Shown here: positions 24,082-35,725 of the stretch, piece by piece
Layout of the letters: every line of letters starts with the position of its first letter
Numbering within the stretch: position 1 is the stretch's first letter
NCBI GenBank assembly: GCA_030390025.1
Contig: CM059432.1
Coordinates: 48,300,001 to 48,364,000 of the forward strand
From: Squalus acanthias
Taxonomy: Eukaryota
Reading direction: 5' to 3'
DNA: 64,000 nucleotides
Notes under the pieces: generated by a model
What the model was told of the DNA's origin: nothing
What the model saw: the letters and a program-made list of their open reading frames with translations, nothing else
Databases searched by the model: none
Program-made: the position numbers and the translations under genes

Positions 24082-25828
24082 CTATTAAAAAGAAAATAAT
24101 AGTTTAAGTTATACGTGGGCCAGTGTGAACTGGGTAATTGATTTTACCACTTCCATGAAATAGTCATGCCATCACTCAATATATGAATCAATCACTGCAC
24201 TCTTCTTGGATAACAAAAACAACTTTTCAAATTAAAATAATTTTTTGATAATCTAAAATTAAGACAAATGTTAGTTGCGCACAAAAAGCCTCACATGCAG
24301 GATTCGACACACATACTATTTACCCAACTAAGATAAAAACTTTACAATGTGCACATTTATAACCATGTTTAATAAACCATAAAAAATGCATCAAAATACA
24401 ATCTCCCATTAATCACACAGAGTAGATAAGATACACAAAATGTTTCAGAGATACACAAACATTTATCTATAGATACATATGTAGATATACACATATATAT
24501 GCACACATATTTTAAAAAATCTGTATATGATAGATAGAGAGATAGACATTTGGATATTTCAGGATTTCAGACTATGTTGGCACAGCAGGACCTTGGTGTT
24601 ATAGATATTAAAAATGCTACTACTGAGCTAAACTTAGTTCTCAAGAAATTAAATTCACAGGACAGCCGGGGTTGACAATATATATTTTAGTTTCAGATGG
24701 GGTGTCTGAACCAGCATCTTTGAAACAAGGAAAGATAATTTTACATTCCAGCAGATGCTCACACGCTTGCCACTTCAATAACTGTATTCATTTGATCTCA
24801 GCAGGCGTCATTGCCAAGTTAGGCTGGTGGATTCTGCTCCGGGGGTAGTCAGGTTTGACTAAAAGCTGACACTGGAGTCAAGCTTTTAAAAAGAGAGACT
24901 GGTGAAAGGGGGAGGGAGTCAGGCAGCAAAATGCCACAAGAAGGTTAAAAGGCAGGGACTGCAGGGAAAGGATGTTCTGCCCTGTACTGTCGAAAAGAAT
25001 GCACAAGTTATTCTGTTTAATTTAAGTAAGCTAACCCACTGAAATGAAGTAGTACAGCATGTTCATTGTTTCTATATTACGTGAAGATAAGTTTTACTGA
25101 TTGAATTAAGAGCATCTGATCATAACTGTTGCTCTGTACATTCACCTTATTGTGAAATAAAGCAGCTTAATGAATTGAATCAAGCCTTGCTTCACCTAAT
25201 GTTAACTCAGCACACCTTCAGAGAGATTGAAGAAATGCACGTGCAAGACACGGATATCCGATTCAGGTCACAAGGGCTGTTCAGTTTACACCTCTGGGTT
25301 CCACTATTGTACAAGTTGACGTAAAGGAGCGTGATCCAACTCCCATAAAAATAAGCTGCTGACCACTTATGGGAGTTACTGACTCCATTGAACCTGCAAA
25401 GGTATCTACGGCTGACCTGAATTAGTAACAGTAAGGTAACAATGTATTATCATTGAATGGCAGAGCAGGCTCGACGGGCCGAATGGCCTACTCCTGCTCC
25501 TATTTCTTATGTTATCAGGACTACTGATTTCTGTGATTAACAAGTGAAATTGCATTTTTATTTCAATGCATTATAGGAGTGTGAATGATATTTTCAGGTT
25601 CAAATTATGTGATTATATCTATTTTTGTAGAAATTGTAGATTAGTGGTCTTGACTTTAATTTGTTTATTTGCCTCAATTTTATGTCTTACCTTTTTTTGA
25701 AAAGCAGATGTTGTTCCAGGTTGCATAAAAGGTAGGTGGTGTGCAGCAGGAGGGTGGTGGTGGGAGAAGAGGTCTTGTGATTTGGTATTGCTGGGAGAGT
25801 GGTCCAGAAATCTGACAGCAGTGGGAGT

Positions 25829-25942
25829 CAATGTTCCCTTTAATATTTTTTTGGGCCATGTGGCCCATTCAAAAGTCTGCGCGTGTGCTGGCAAGCCGGC
25901 TGCACGGGACCTGCAGAACACTGCGTGGCCACGGGAACATTG
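25829..25942. mobile_element. hAT-type MITE
   Basis: TIRs caatgttccc and gggaacattg with a perfect 8-bp TSD gtgggagt. Confidence 0.85.
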
Positions 25943-26336
25943 GTGGGAGTGGCTGGTAATTATGGGAGGAGTGGAGGGATCAGAGTATTGTGGAAGGGTC
26001 AGTAACGGGCTAACAGTTCTTGAAACACACACCCCCACCATGAGAAAAGCACTACAACTACAATTGTGGCCAAGAGCTGACTTTAAGCTTTTTAAAGTGT
26101 TTACTGTTCCTTTACTTGGTAAAGTGGCTATAGAACCTCTCTCGCAGAGGCTGGTTGGCAGCAGGAATAAAAGCGTGGGCACTCTGTGTTGGAAGCAGCA
26201 AGAGAGCAGAAAGAGGACAAAAGTTGACTGGCGCTCGGGGGCTGAGGAGCAGGAGGAAACATCAGACAAGAGGTCCAATCTTTACAGGCCTCGGGAAGGT
26301 GGGTGCTGTGGAATACAGTGCCACAATGCCTTGGAG

Positions 26337-26640
26337 ATAGAAACATAGAATCTAGGAGCAGGAGTAGGCCATTCGGCCCGTCGAGCCTGCTCCACCATTC
26401 AATACGATCATGGCTGATCATCCAAATCCAGTACCCTGTCCCTGCTTTATTCCCCACAGTACACATATCCCACCCTACCCCCGTAACCCCACATATTTAA
26501 TTCCCCCTAACATATCCCATCCTATCCCCATAACCCCACATATTTAATCCCCCCCTAACACTAAGGGTCAATTTATCATAGCCAAATCAACCTAACCCGC
26601 ACATTTTTGGACTGTGGGAGGAAACCGGAGCACCCGGAAA
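26337..26640 (-). mobile_element. HE1-like SINE, 5'-truncated
   Basis: Nearly identical to 5495-5790. Confidence 0.85.
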
Positions 26641-26724
26641 GTTTAGGCAGGACAGACGATGTGATGGAAACGAAAAGTGATGCACTCAGACGTTTAATGT
26701 TATTACATACTAATATATAAATAA

Positions 26725-27655
26725 AATCATACAGCTCAGAAGCAGGCCATTCAGCCCATTGTGCCTGTACCAGCTCTTTGAAAGAATCATCCAATCAGTT
26801 CCATTCCCCTGCTCTTTCCCCATAGCCCGCAATTTTTTTCCTTTGAGTATTTATCCAATTCCCCTTTGAAAGTTATTATTGATTCTGCTTCCACCACCCT
26901 TTCAGGCAGTACCTTCCAGAACATCATAACTCGCTACGTAAAAAACGAATCTCCCCTCTGGTTCTTTTGCCAATTATCTTAAATCTGTGTCCTCTGGTTA
27001 CCAACCCTCTTCCCGGTAGAAACAGTTTCTCCTTATTTACTCTATCAAAACCCTTCATAATTTTGAACATCTCTATTAAATCTCCCTTTAAGCTTCTCTG
27101 TTTGAAGAACAATTTCAGCGTCTCTAGTCTCTCCACATAACTGAAGTCCCTCATCCCTGGTAACATTCTAGTAAACGACCTCTGCACCCTCTCCAAGGCT
27201 TTGATATCCTTCCTAAAGTGTGGTGCCCAGAATTGGCCACAATACTCCAGCTGAGGCCTAACAAGTGATTTATCAAGGTTTAGCATAACTTCCTTGCTTT
27301 TGTACTCTATGACTCTACTTATAAAGCCCAGAATTCCATTATTCTTTTTTTAACAGCCGTATTAACATGTCCTGCCACCTTCAAAGATATGTGTACATGA
27401 ACCCCCAGGTCTCTGTTCATGCACTCCCTTTAAAACTGTACCATTTAGTTTATATTGCCTCTCCACATTTTTCCTTCCAAAATGCATCACCATACTTATC
27501 TGCGTTAAATTTAATCTGCTGTGTCTGCCCATTTCACCAGTGTGTCTATGTTCTCCTGAAGTCTGGTCCCATCTTCCTCACTGTTTACCACATTTCTGAG
27601 TTTTGTACTGTCTGCATGCTTTGAAATTCTGCCCTCTATACCCAAGTCAAGGACA
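26725..27655 (-). mobile_element. CR1 LINE 3' fragment
   Basis: LVRPQLEYCGQFWAPHFRKDIKALERVQRSFTRM... Confidence 0.85.
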
Positions 27656-27704
27656 TCTATATATTTTGTATATACATATATGTTATTCTGTTACTTTAAC
27701 CCAC

Positions 27705-27814
27705 TTCCACTGGATGCTGTTTTTTGATTTCTTCTCGATTAAGCCAATTCCTTCTAATACATTGGTGATGTCATAGATTCTTCTTTTCTGCCTCACTGCA
27801 AGTATATCAGCAGC
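27705..27814 (-). CDS. E2F5: E2F5 exon 2 (winged-helix DNA-binding domain)
   Basis: 110 nt, [37 protein letters not shown] with AG/GT boundaries. Confidence 0.97.
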
Positions 27815-27938
27815 CTGTTGATAAATAGTAAAAGCACACAAATATAGTTAACAAAAAAGTATTCAAACTAAAGGTTCACTTAATACTGAAGTAATTTCAA
27901 CAGGAACACATTCATCAGTAAACAACATTGAACATATT

Positions 27939-30900
27939 GGCCTGGAATTTGTGGTCAGCGGCGAAGCGACAGTGATCATAGAATCATAGAAGATAGGAGC
28001 AGGAGTAGGCCATTCGGCCCCTCTAGCCTGCTCTGCCATTCAATGCGATCATGGCTGATTATCCAAATTCAGTACCCTGTCTCTGCTTTCTCCCCATATC
28101 ACTTTAGCCTTAAGAAATATATCCAACTCCTTCTTGAATCTATTTAATGAATTGGCCTCTACTGCCTTCTGTGGCAGAGAATTCCACAGGTTCACCACTC
28201 TCTGGGTGAAGAAATTCCTCCTCATTTCTGTCCTAAATGACTTACCCCTTATCCTTAGACTATGACCCCTGGTTCTGGACTCCCCGACCATCGGGAACAT
28301 CCTTCCTGCATCTAGTTTGTCCTGTCCTGTCAGAATTTTATAAGTTTCAATGAGATCCCCTCTCATTCTTCTAAACTCCAGCGAGTATAAGCCCAATCGA
28401 CCCAATCTCTCTTCATACGTCATTCCTGCCATCCCAGGTATCAGCCTTGTGAATCTTCGCTGAACTCCCTCCATGGCAAGAACATCCTTCCTCAGATAAG
28501 GCAACCAAAACTGCACACAGTACTCAAGGCGTGGTCTCACCAAGGCCCTGTACAACTGCAGCAAGACATCCTTGTTCCTGTACTCAAACCCTCTCGCTAT
28601 GAAGGCCAACATACCATTTGCCTTCTTAACCGCCTGCTGCACCTGCATGCTTACCTTCAGCAACTGGTGCACAAGGACACCCAGGTCTCGTTGCACTTCC
28701 CCTTCTCCCAATCTATTGCCATTCAGATAATAATCTGCCTTTCTGTTTTTGACACCAAAGTGGATAACCTCGCATTTATCCACGTTATATTGCATCTGCC
28801 ACGCTTCTGCCCAATCACCCAACCTGTCCAAATCATACTGGAGTTTCTCGGCATCCTCCTCGCAGCACACATGCCCACCCAGTTTTGTGTCGTCTGCAAA
28901 CTTGGAGATATTACATCTAGTTCCCTTGTCTAGATCATTAATATATATTGTGAATAGCTGGGGTCCAAGGATAGTCACTGCCTGCCACTCGGAAAAAGAC
29001 CCGTTTATTCCAACTCTTTGCTTTCTGTCTGCCAACCAGTTCTCTATCCAAGTCAATACCTTGCCCCCAATCCCATGTGCCTTAACTTTACACGCTAATC
29101 TCTTATGCGGGACCTTATCAAAAGCCTTTTGGAAGTCCAAATACACCACATGCCACTGGTTCTCCCTTATCTATTTTACCAGTTACATCCTCAAAAAATT
29201 CCAGTAGATTAGTCAAGCATGATTTACCTTTTGTAAATCCATGTTGACTTTGTCCGATCTTGTCACTGTTTTCCAAGTGCTCAGCTATTACATCTTTTAT
29301 AATGGACTCTAGCATTTTCCCCACTACCGATGTCAGGCTTACCGATCTGTAATTCCCCGTTTTCTCTCTACCACCCTTTTTGAATAGAGGGGTAACATTA
29401 GCTACCCTCCAATCCATGGGTACTGTTCCAGATTCCATCGAATGTTGGAAGATGATCAGCAATGCATCTACTATTTCTAGGGCCACTTCCTTAAGTACCC
29501 TAGGATGTAGATTAACAGGCCCATGGGATTTATCGGCCTTCAATTTCCCTAACACCATTTCCCTACAAATACTGATTTCTTTCAGTTCCTCCCTTTCATC
29601 AGACCCTATGTCCCCAACATCTCTGGGAGGTTATTTGTGTCCTCCTTTGTGAAGACAGAACCAAAATATGTATTTAATTGGTCTGACATTTCTTTGTTCC
29701 CCATTATAAGTTCCCCTGATTCTGACTGCAAGGGACCTATGCTTGATTTCACTAATCTTTTTCCCTTCACATATCTATAAAAGCTTTTACAGTCAGTTTT
29801 TATGTTCCCTGCAAGCTTACTCTCGTATTCTATTTTCCCCTTCTTAATTAATCCCTTTGTCCTCCTTTGTTGAATCTTAAACTGCTCCCAATCCTCAGGG
29901 TGACTGCTTTTTCTGGCCAATTTATATGCCCTCTCCTTGGATCTTATGCTATCCCTAATTTCCCTTGTTAGCCACGGTTGAGTCACCCTTTTTGTTTTAT
30001 TCTTATGCCAAACTGGGATGAACAAATTCTGTAGTTCGTCCATGCGGTCTTTGAATGTTTGCCATTGCCTATCCACCGTCAACCCTTTGAGTGACATTCC
30101 CCAATCTATCCTACCCAGCTCGCACCTCATACGATCGTAGTTTCCTTTATTTAAATTCAGGACCCTAGTCTGAGTCAACTACTTCACTCTCCATCCTAAT
30201 GAAGAATTCTATCATATTATGATCGCTCCGACCCAAGGGGCCTCGCACAACAAGATTGCTAATTAATCCTTTCTCATTGCATAATACCCAGTCGAAGATG
30301 GCCTGATCTCTGGTTGGTTCCTCGACATATTGGTCCAGGAAACCATCCCGTAAACACTCCAGGAATTCCTCCTCCATAGTATTGTTACTAAGCTGCCCAC
30401 AAAGATGTTGTGATCTCTATGGAAAAAACTTTAGTTTTCTTGACGTTAATCTGAGTGTAGCGCTGTCTATAGGGGATCTCGAGCGTCCAGCAGCAGTGAT
30501 GTCATCAAGCTGGCTAAGCAGCCAATGACACTGAAGAATTCTCAGAGACAGCAAAGCAGGAAATAAAAAGCAACTTTTATCATTCACTTTAAAAATTTTA
30601 GGGAGCGAAATAAATATTGGGACACGCGCACTGGGTTAACATAGAAACTGAAATATGATAAACAAACTTAAAAAAAAGTAATTTAAAAAAAAAAATCTAG
30701 TAATTTTTATTATAATGAGAAATTTGACATTACACAAAGATAAAATTAGTTTTTCAGGGCCAGAACGATTGTTCAGCAGTAGTTATTACTCAGAACACCA
30801 TTAAAAACCTAGTTACACCTCATTGAACAAGGCTTCAGTTTTATAGGGTTTTAACAGCGATATTAGAGTGGAAAAGGGGAAGTTTTCGTCAGTTCGGGTG

Positions 30901-31093
30901 ATTTCAGTGGTTGCTGGTTATGGGGAGTTCCACAGCGCAACCTGTGGTGGAGCAGGGAATGACTAACTGCAACTTCTAGATTTCCGTGTTTATCCGTGCA
31001 TGTGCTAAATCCTGAAGTTACGGTCAGTTTCAGAGGGTTAATGACAATGAACGCTGGCAGATTCGCCGCCATTACCACCGCAAAATCCGGGCC
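27939..31093. mobile_element. Harbinger-type non-autonomous element interrupted by CR1
   Basis: Ends ggcctggaatttg and caaaatccgggcc with a 3-bp TSD ATT on both sides. Confidence 0.7.
27978..30390 (-). mobile_element. CR1 LINE (ORF2 RT region, several frameshifts, 5'-truncated)
   Basis: ORFs 30165-30377, 29606-30178, 29118-29558 and 28049-29149 (YLDFQKAFDKVPH, KFADDTK) and a CR1 tail. Confidence 0.95.
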
Positions 31094-31257
31094 ATTCACT
31101 TTTACTGAAATCTTAGAAAACTTAATACAAATCAAGGTAGAAAAGAAGTACATGAAAGATAAACATCAGATTCACGTTGAGCTTCATTTGGCAAGATGCA
31201 CACAACACAACTACGTGCTGCCATAATTGTATTGTCAGTGGATAATGGAAATTGGTA

Positions 31258-31633
31258 CAGGAAACTCTCTTTTAACCGGCACCCAAATAACCGGAAATCT
31301 CTCTTAACCGGCAAAATTCTTGAGTAGGTAACCAGGGTTTTCCTTCATCTCTCTTTTAAAAATAACTTTAAAAAAAACCCCGAGGCATTTGCCTTGTATC
31401 GGAGCGTGTAGATTGGGAGGGGAATGTGCAGCCCGGGTAGGCAGCGGACACGACAGATGGTCAGCTGGCGGTCCCCGGGGAGATGGAGCTCCGAATGCAG
31501 GCGCATGTCAATGTGTACGGGGCTCTCGTACGTTGGGAGATATAACTCTCCATTATCCGGACTTTTTGACGGACTTTTTGATTAACCGGCACCACGCTGG
31601 TCCCGTCGGTGCCGGTTAATAAAGAGTTTCCTG
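31258..31633. mobile_element. pogo/Tigger-like MITE (second copy)
   Basis: Same TIRs and TA TSDs as 21137-21490; interior near-identical. Confidence 0.85.
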
Positions 31634-31835
31634 TACAGATAAAAAGTCCCCATATTTTGGTCTTACATGAATTGTACAATGACAAACTAGGCATGGGAAT
31701 AAAGGCAACACAAACAAGAAAATATTAACAGAAAATACTGGAATTACTCAGCAGGTCAGGCAGAATCTATGGAGAGCGAAACATAGTTAACGTTTCAGGT
31801 CGTTGACCTTCTGTCAGAATTGGCAATGGTTAGCA

Positions 31836-31989
31836 CAATGTTGCCTCTAACTGTTTTGCATACACGGGCCCTTTAAATTTGCTGCGCGGCCGCGCGTACA
31901 CGGTATCTCTTCCAGCGGCAGCAGCTAGTGAGCGGCCTGCGCGGGACCTTGCGATTGATGCGCGTCCAAGCACCTTAGGGAGAACATTA
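31836..31989. mobile_element. hAT-type MITE (same family as 25829-25942)
   Basis: Ends caatgttgcctctaa and ttagggagaacatta; 8-bp flanks ggttagca/ggttagag. Confidence 0.7.
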
Positions 31990-32356
31990 GGTTAGAGATG
32001 GAACAGGTTTTAAACAAGTACAGAGGCAGGAAAAGGGGGGAGGGGAGGAAAGAACAAAAGGGAAGGTCTGGGTTAGGGTGGAAGGCAGGAGCGATTAAAT
32101 GCCGAAAGGGATGATGGTGTGAGCAAAAGGGGGTGGTTGGGACAAGTAGAGAAATAAAAGATGAGTCTAGAGGAACTGTAAATGGCAACAGCAGAATCAT
32201 TATCAGCACCCGCTGTCTGGAAAAAATGGGAGTAGTGGTTATGATCTGAAATTGTTCAACTCAATGTCGAGTCCGAAAGGTTGTAAAATGCCTAATCGAA
32301 AGAGGTGCTGTTCCTTGAGCTTCTGTTGAGCTCTATTCGAACAGTGTAGAAGACTG

Positions 32357-33213
32357 CTTGTCCGACATCCCGTACTGGATGAGCAGAAATTTCCTCCAAC
32401 TATATATTGGGAAGACTGAAGCCCATTGTCTTCAGTCCCCACCACAAACTCCATTCCCTAGCCACCGACTCATCCCTCTCCCTAGTATCTGTCCGAGGCT
32501 GAACCAGACTGTTCGCAACCTTGGTGTCATATTTGACCCTGAAATGAGCTTCCGACCACATATCCGCGCCATAACTAATACCGCCTATTTCTACCTCCGT
32601 AACATCGCCCAACTCCGCCCCATCTCAGCTCATCCGCTTCTGAAACGCTCATCCATGCCTTTGTTATCTCTAGACTTGACTATTCCAACGCACTACTGGC
32701 TGGCCTCCGACGTTCTACCCTACGGAAACTTGGTCATCCAAAACTCTGCTACCCATGTCTAACTCGTTCCAGGTCCCGTTCACCCATCACCCCTGTACTT
32801 GCTGACCTACAATGGCTCCCGGTTAAGCAACGCCTCAATTTAAAAATTCTCATCCTTGTTTTCAAATCCCTCCATGGCTTCGCCCCTCCCTATCTCTAAT
32901 CTCCTCCAGCCCCACAATGCCCCAAGATATCTGCGCTCCACTAATTCTGGCCTCTTGAGCATCCCTGATTTTAATTGCTCAACCATTGGTGGCTGTGACT
33001 TCAGCTGTCAAGGCCCTAAGCTCTGGAATTCCCTCCCTAATCCTCTCCGCCTCTCTTTGCTCCTTAAAACCTACTTCTTTGACCAAGCTTTTGGTCATCT
33101 GCCATAATTTCTCCTTTCGTGGCTCGGTGTCACATTTTGTTTTATAAAGCTCCTGTGAAGCACCTTGGGACATTTTACTACATTAAAGGCACTATATAAA
33201 TACAAGTTGTTGT
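32357..33213 (+). mobile_element. L2 LINE 3' fragment nested in Penelope
   Basis: WMSRNFLQL.IGKTEA...VRNLGVIFDPEMSF and tail aaatacaagttgttgttg. Confidence 0.88.
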
Positions 33214-35725
33214 TGAAGTTCTTCCTGACTAAGGACAGAAAGGTCAGAGTGGGAGTGGGACGGAGAATTAAAATGGTAAGTAACCGTAAACTCAGGGTCA
33301 CACTTGCGGATTGAACGGAGGTGTTCCGCAAAGCGATCACCCAATCTGCGTTTGGTCTCGCCAATGTAGAGGAGACCGCGTCGTGAGCAGCGAATACAGT
33401 ATACTAAATTGAAAGAAGTACAAGTAAATCACTGTTTCACCTGGAAGGAGTGTTTGGGGCCCTGGACGGTGGAAAGGGAGGCAGTGAAAGGGCTGGTGTT
33501 GCATCTCCTGCACTTGCACGGGAAGATCCCGTGGGAAGGGGAGCGGGTATTAGGGGTGATTGAAGAGTGGACAAGGGTGTCACGGAAGGAACGGTCCCTT
33601 CAGAATACTGAAAGGAGCGGGGAAGATGCATTTGGTGGTGGCATTACGCTGGAGGTGGCGGAAATGGCGGCGGATGATCCATTGAATGCAGAGGCTGGAG
33701 GGGTAAAAGACAAGGATAAAGGGATTCTGGGAGGGAGGGGAGGGGCGAGAGTGCGAGAAATGAAACGGACACAGTTGAGGGCCCGGTTAACCACGGTGGA
33801 GAGGAATCCTCGGTTAAGGAAAAAGGAAGACATGTTGGAAGCACTGGTGTGGAAGGTGGCATTGTCAGAGCAGGTGCGACAAAGACGGAGAAACTGGGAG
33901 AATGGAGTAGAGTCCTTCCAGGAAGCGGGGTGGGAGGAAGTGTAATCAAGGTAGCTGTGGGAGTAAGCAGGCTTATAGTAGATTTTGGTTGACAACCTAG
34001 CCCTAGAAATGGAGATAGAGATGTCGAGGAAGGGAAAAGTCAGAGATTGTGTAGGTGAGGGAGGGGTGGAAATTGGAAGTAAAGTTGATGAAATTTTCCA
34101 GTTCGGGGCGAGACCAGGAAGCGACACTGATGTAGTCATCAATGTACTGGAAAGAGGTGAGGGAGGGGACCTATGTAGAACTAGAACAATAAGAACATAA
34201 GAAATAGGAGCAGGAGGCGGCCATTCGGCCCTTTGAATCTGTTCAGTCATTCAGTCAGATCATGGCTGATCTTCTACCTCAACTCCACCTTCACGCACTA
34301 TCCCCATATCCCTTGATTCCCTTAATATCCAAAAATCTATCGATTTCTGTCTTGAATATGCACAACAACTGAGCATGCACAGCCCTCTGGGATAGAGAAT
34401 TCCAAAGATTCACCACCCTTTGAGTGAAGAAATTTCTCCTCATCTCAGTCCTAAATGGCCAACCCCTTATTCTGAGACTGTGATCCCTAGTTCTAGACTC
34501 CCCAGCCAGGGGAATATCCTCCCAGCATCTACCCTGTCAAGCCCTGTAAGAATTTTATATGTTTCAATGAAATCACCTCTCATTCTTCTAAATTCGAGGG
34601 AACATAGTCCTAGTCTCCTCAATCTCTCCTCATAGGACACTCCTCTCCAACCCAGGAATCAGTCTGGTGAACCTTCGCTGCACTCCCTCTAAGGCAAGTA
34701 TATCCTTCCTTAGGTAAGGAGACCAAAACTGTACACAGTACTCCAGGTGTGGTCTCACCAAGGCCCTATATAATTGCATTAAGGATCCTTTACTCTTATA
34801 CTCCATTCCTCTTGTAATAAAGGCTAACATACCATTTGCTTTCCTAATTATTTGCTGTACCTGCATGTTAACTTTCAGTGATTCGTGTACAAGGACACCC
34901 AGGTTCCTCTGAATACCAACATATCCCAATCTCTCAGCATTTAAAAAATATTCTGCTTTATTACTGAGATATCTTCACTGCTTTCCTGCCTCAGCCTCTG
35001 TAACCGAACGACTTCTCATCCTCAGGTGATTTCAACCTCCATTTCAATTCATCATGCTCTCTTTCCTCTGAGTTCACTAGCCCCCTATCCTCCCTCCATG
35101 TAAACTCCCCAACCCATATTCACGGCCACCCCCTCGACCTTGCCATCTCTCGTGGCCTCGCTACTCCTATCATGTTAATCGCAGATAAGGCCATCTCTGA
35201 CCACTTCCTCGTATCGCTCTCCACCCATATCCCCCTTCCACCCACGCACCCCAAATTCTCCTTCCTTCTGTGTCCGCCCCCGGAAAAAAATCTCCCCCAA
35301 CTGCACTTATGAAATCCCAGCTGTCCAGCCTTTGGCCCTCCATTCACCATGACATTTCTGCAGCTACAGATCTGCTCAACCACACCCTTTGATGCCCCAG
35401 TCCCTTTTAAAACAATTAACTCTCTCTCACCCTGGCCGTTCCCCCGGTACGGCCCTCATCTTCGCGCCCTTAAGTCTAAGAGACGTAGACTTGAACAGAT
35501 ATGGCGGACAACTGGTTCAGCCATTCACCACCAGATCTGGCTGGACCACATAAAGCCTTATCGGGTCCTACTCTCCTCGGCCAAAATTGCTCACTACTCC
35601 AGAATCATTTTGGAATAAAAAGATAGACCCCGTCTTCTATTCTCCACTGCTAACCTTCTTCTTAAACCCCTCTCCCCTGTCTCCTCCACCCTCACCTCTG
35701 ACAAGAAGTGTGAGGAGCTCATGGA

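Larger units (their letters stand above)
31715..34170 (-). mobile_element. Penelope-like element fragment (RT C-terminus, GIY-YIG region, terminal repeat) with nested MITE and L2
   Basis: FPFLDISISIS..LSTKIYYKPAYSHSYLDYTSSHPASWKDSTPFSQFLRLCRTCSD...FFLNRGF; LKEQHLFRLGILQPFGLDIELNNF; hammerhead-like motif at 31785-31821. Confidence 0.85.

Noticed and set aside
25619..26348. Overlapping 219-aa and 188-aa ORFs in E2F5 intron 2
   Set aside because: They run across a hAT MITE, show no recognisable domain and are likely chance ORFs.
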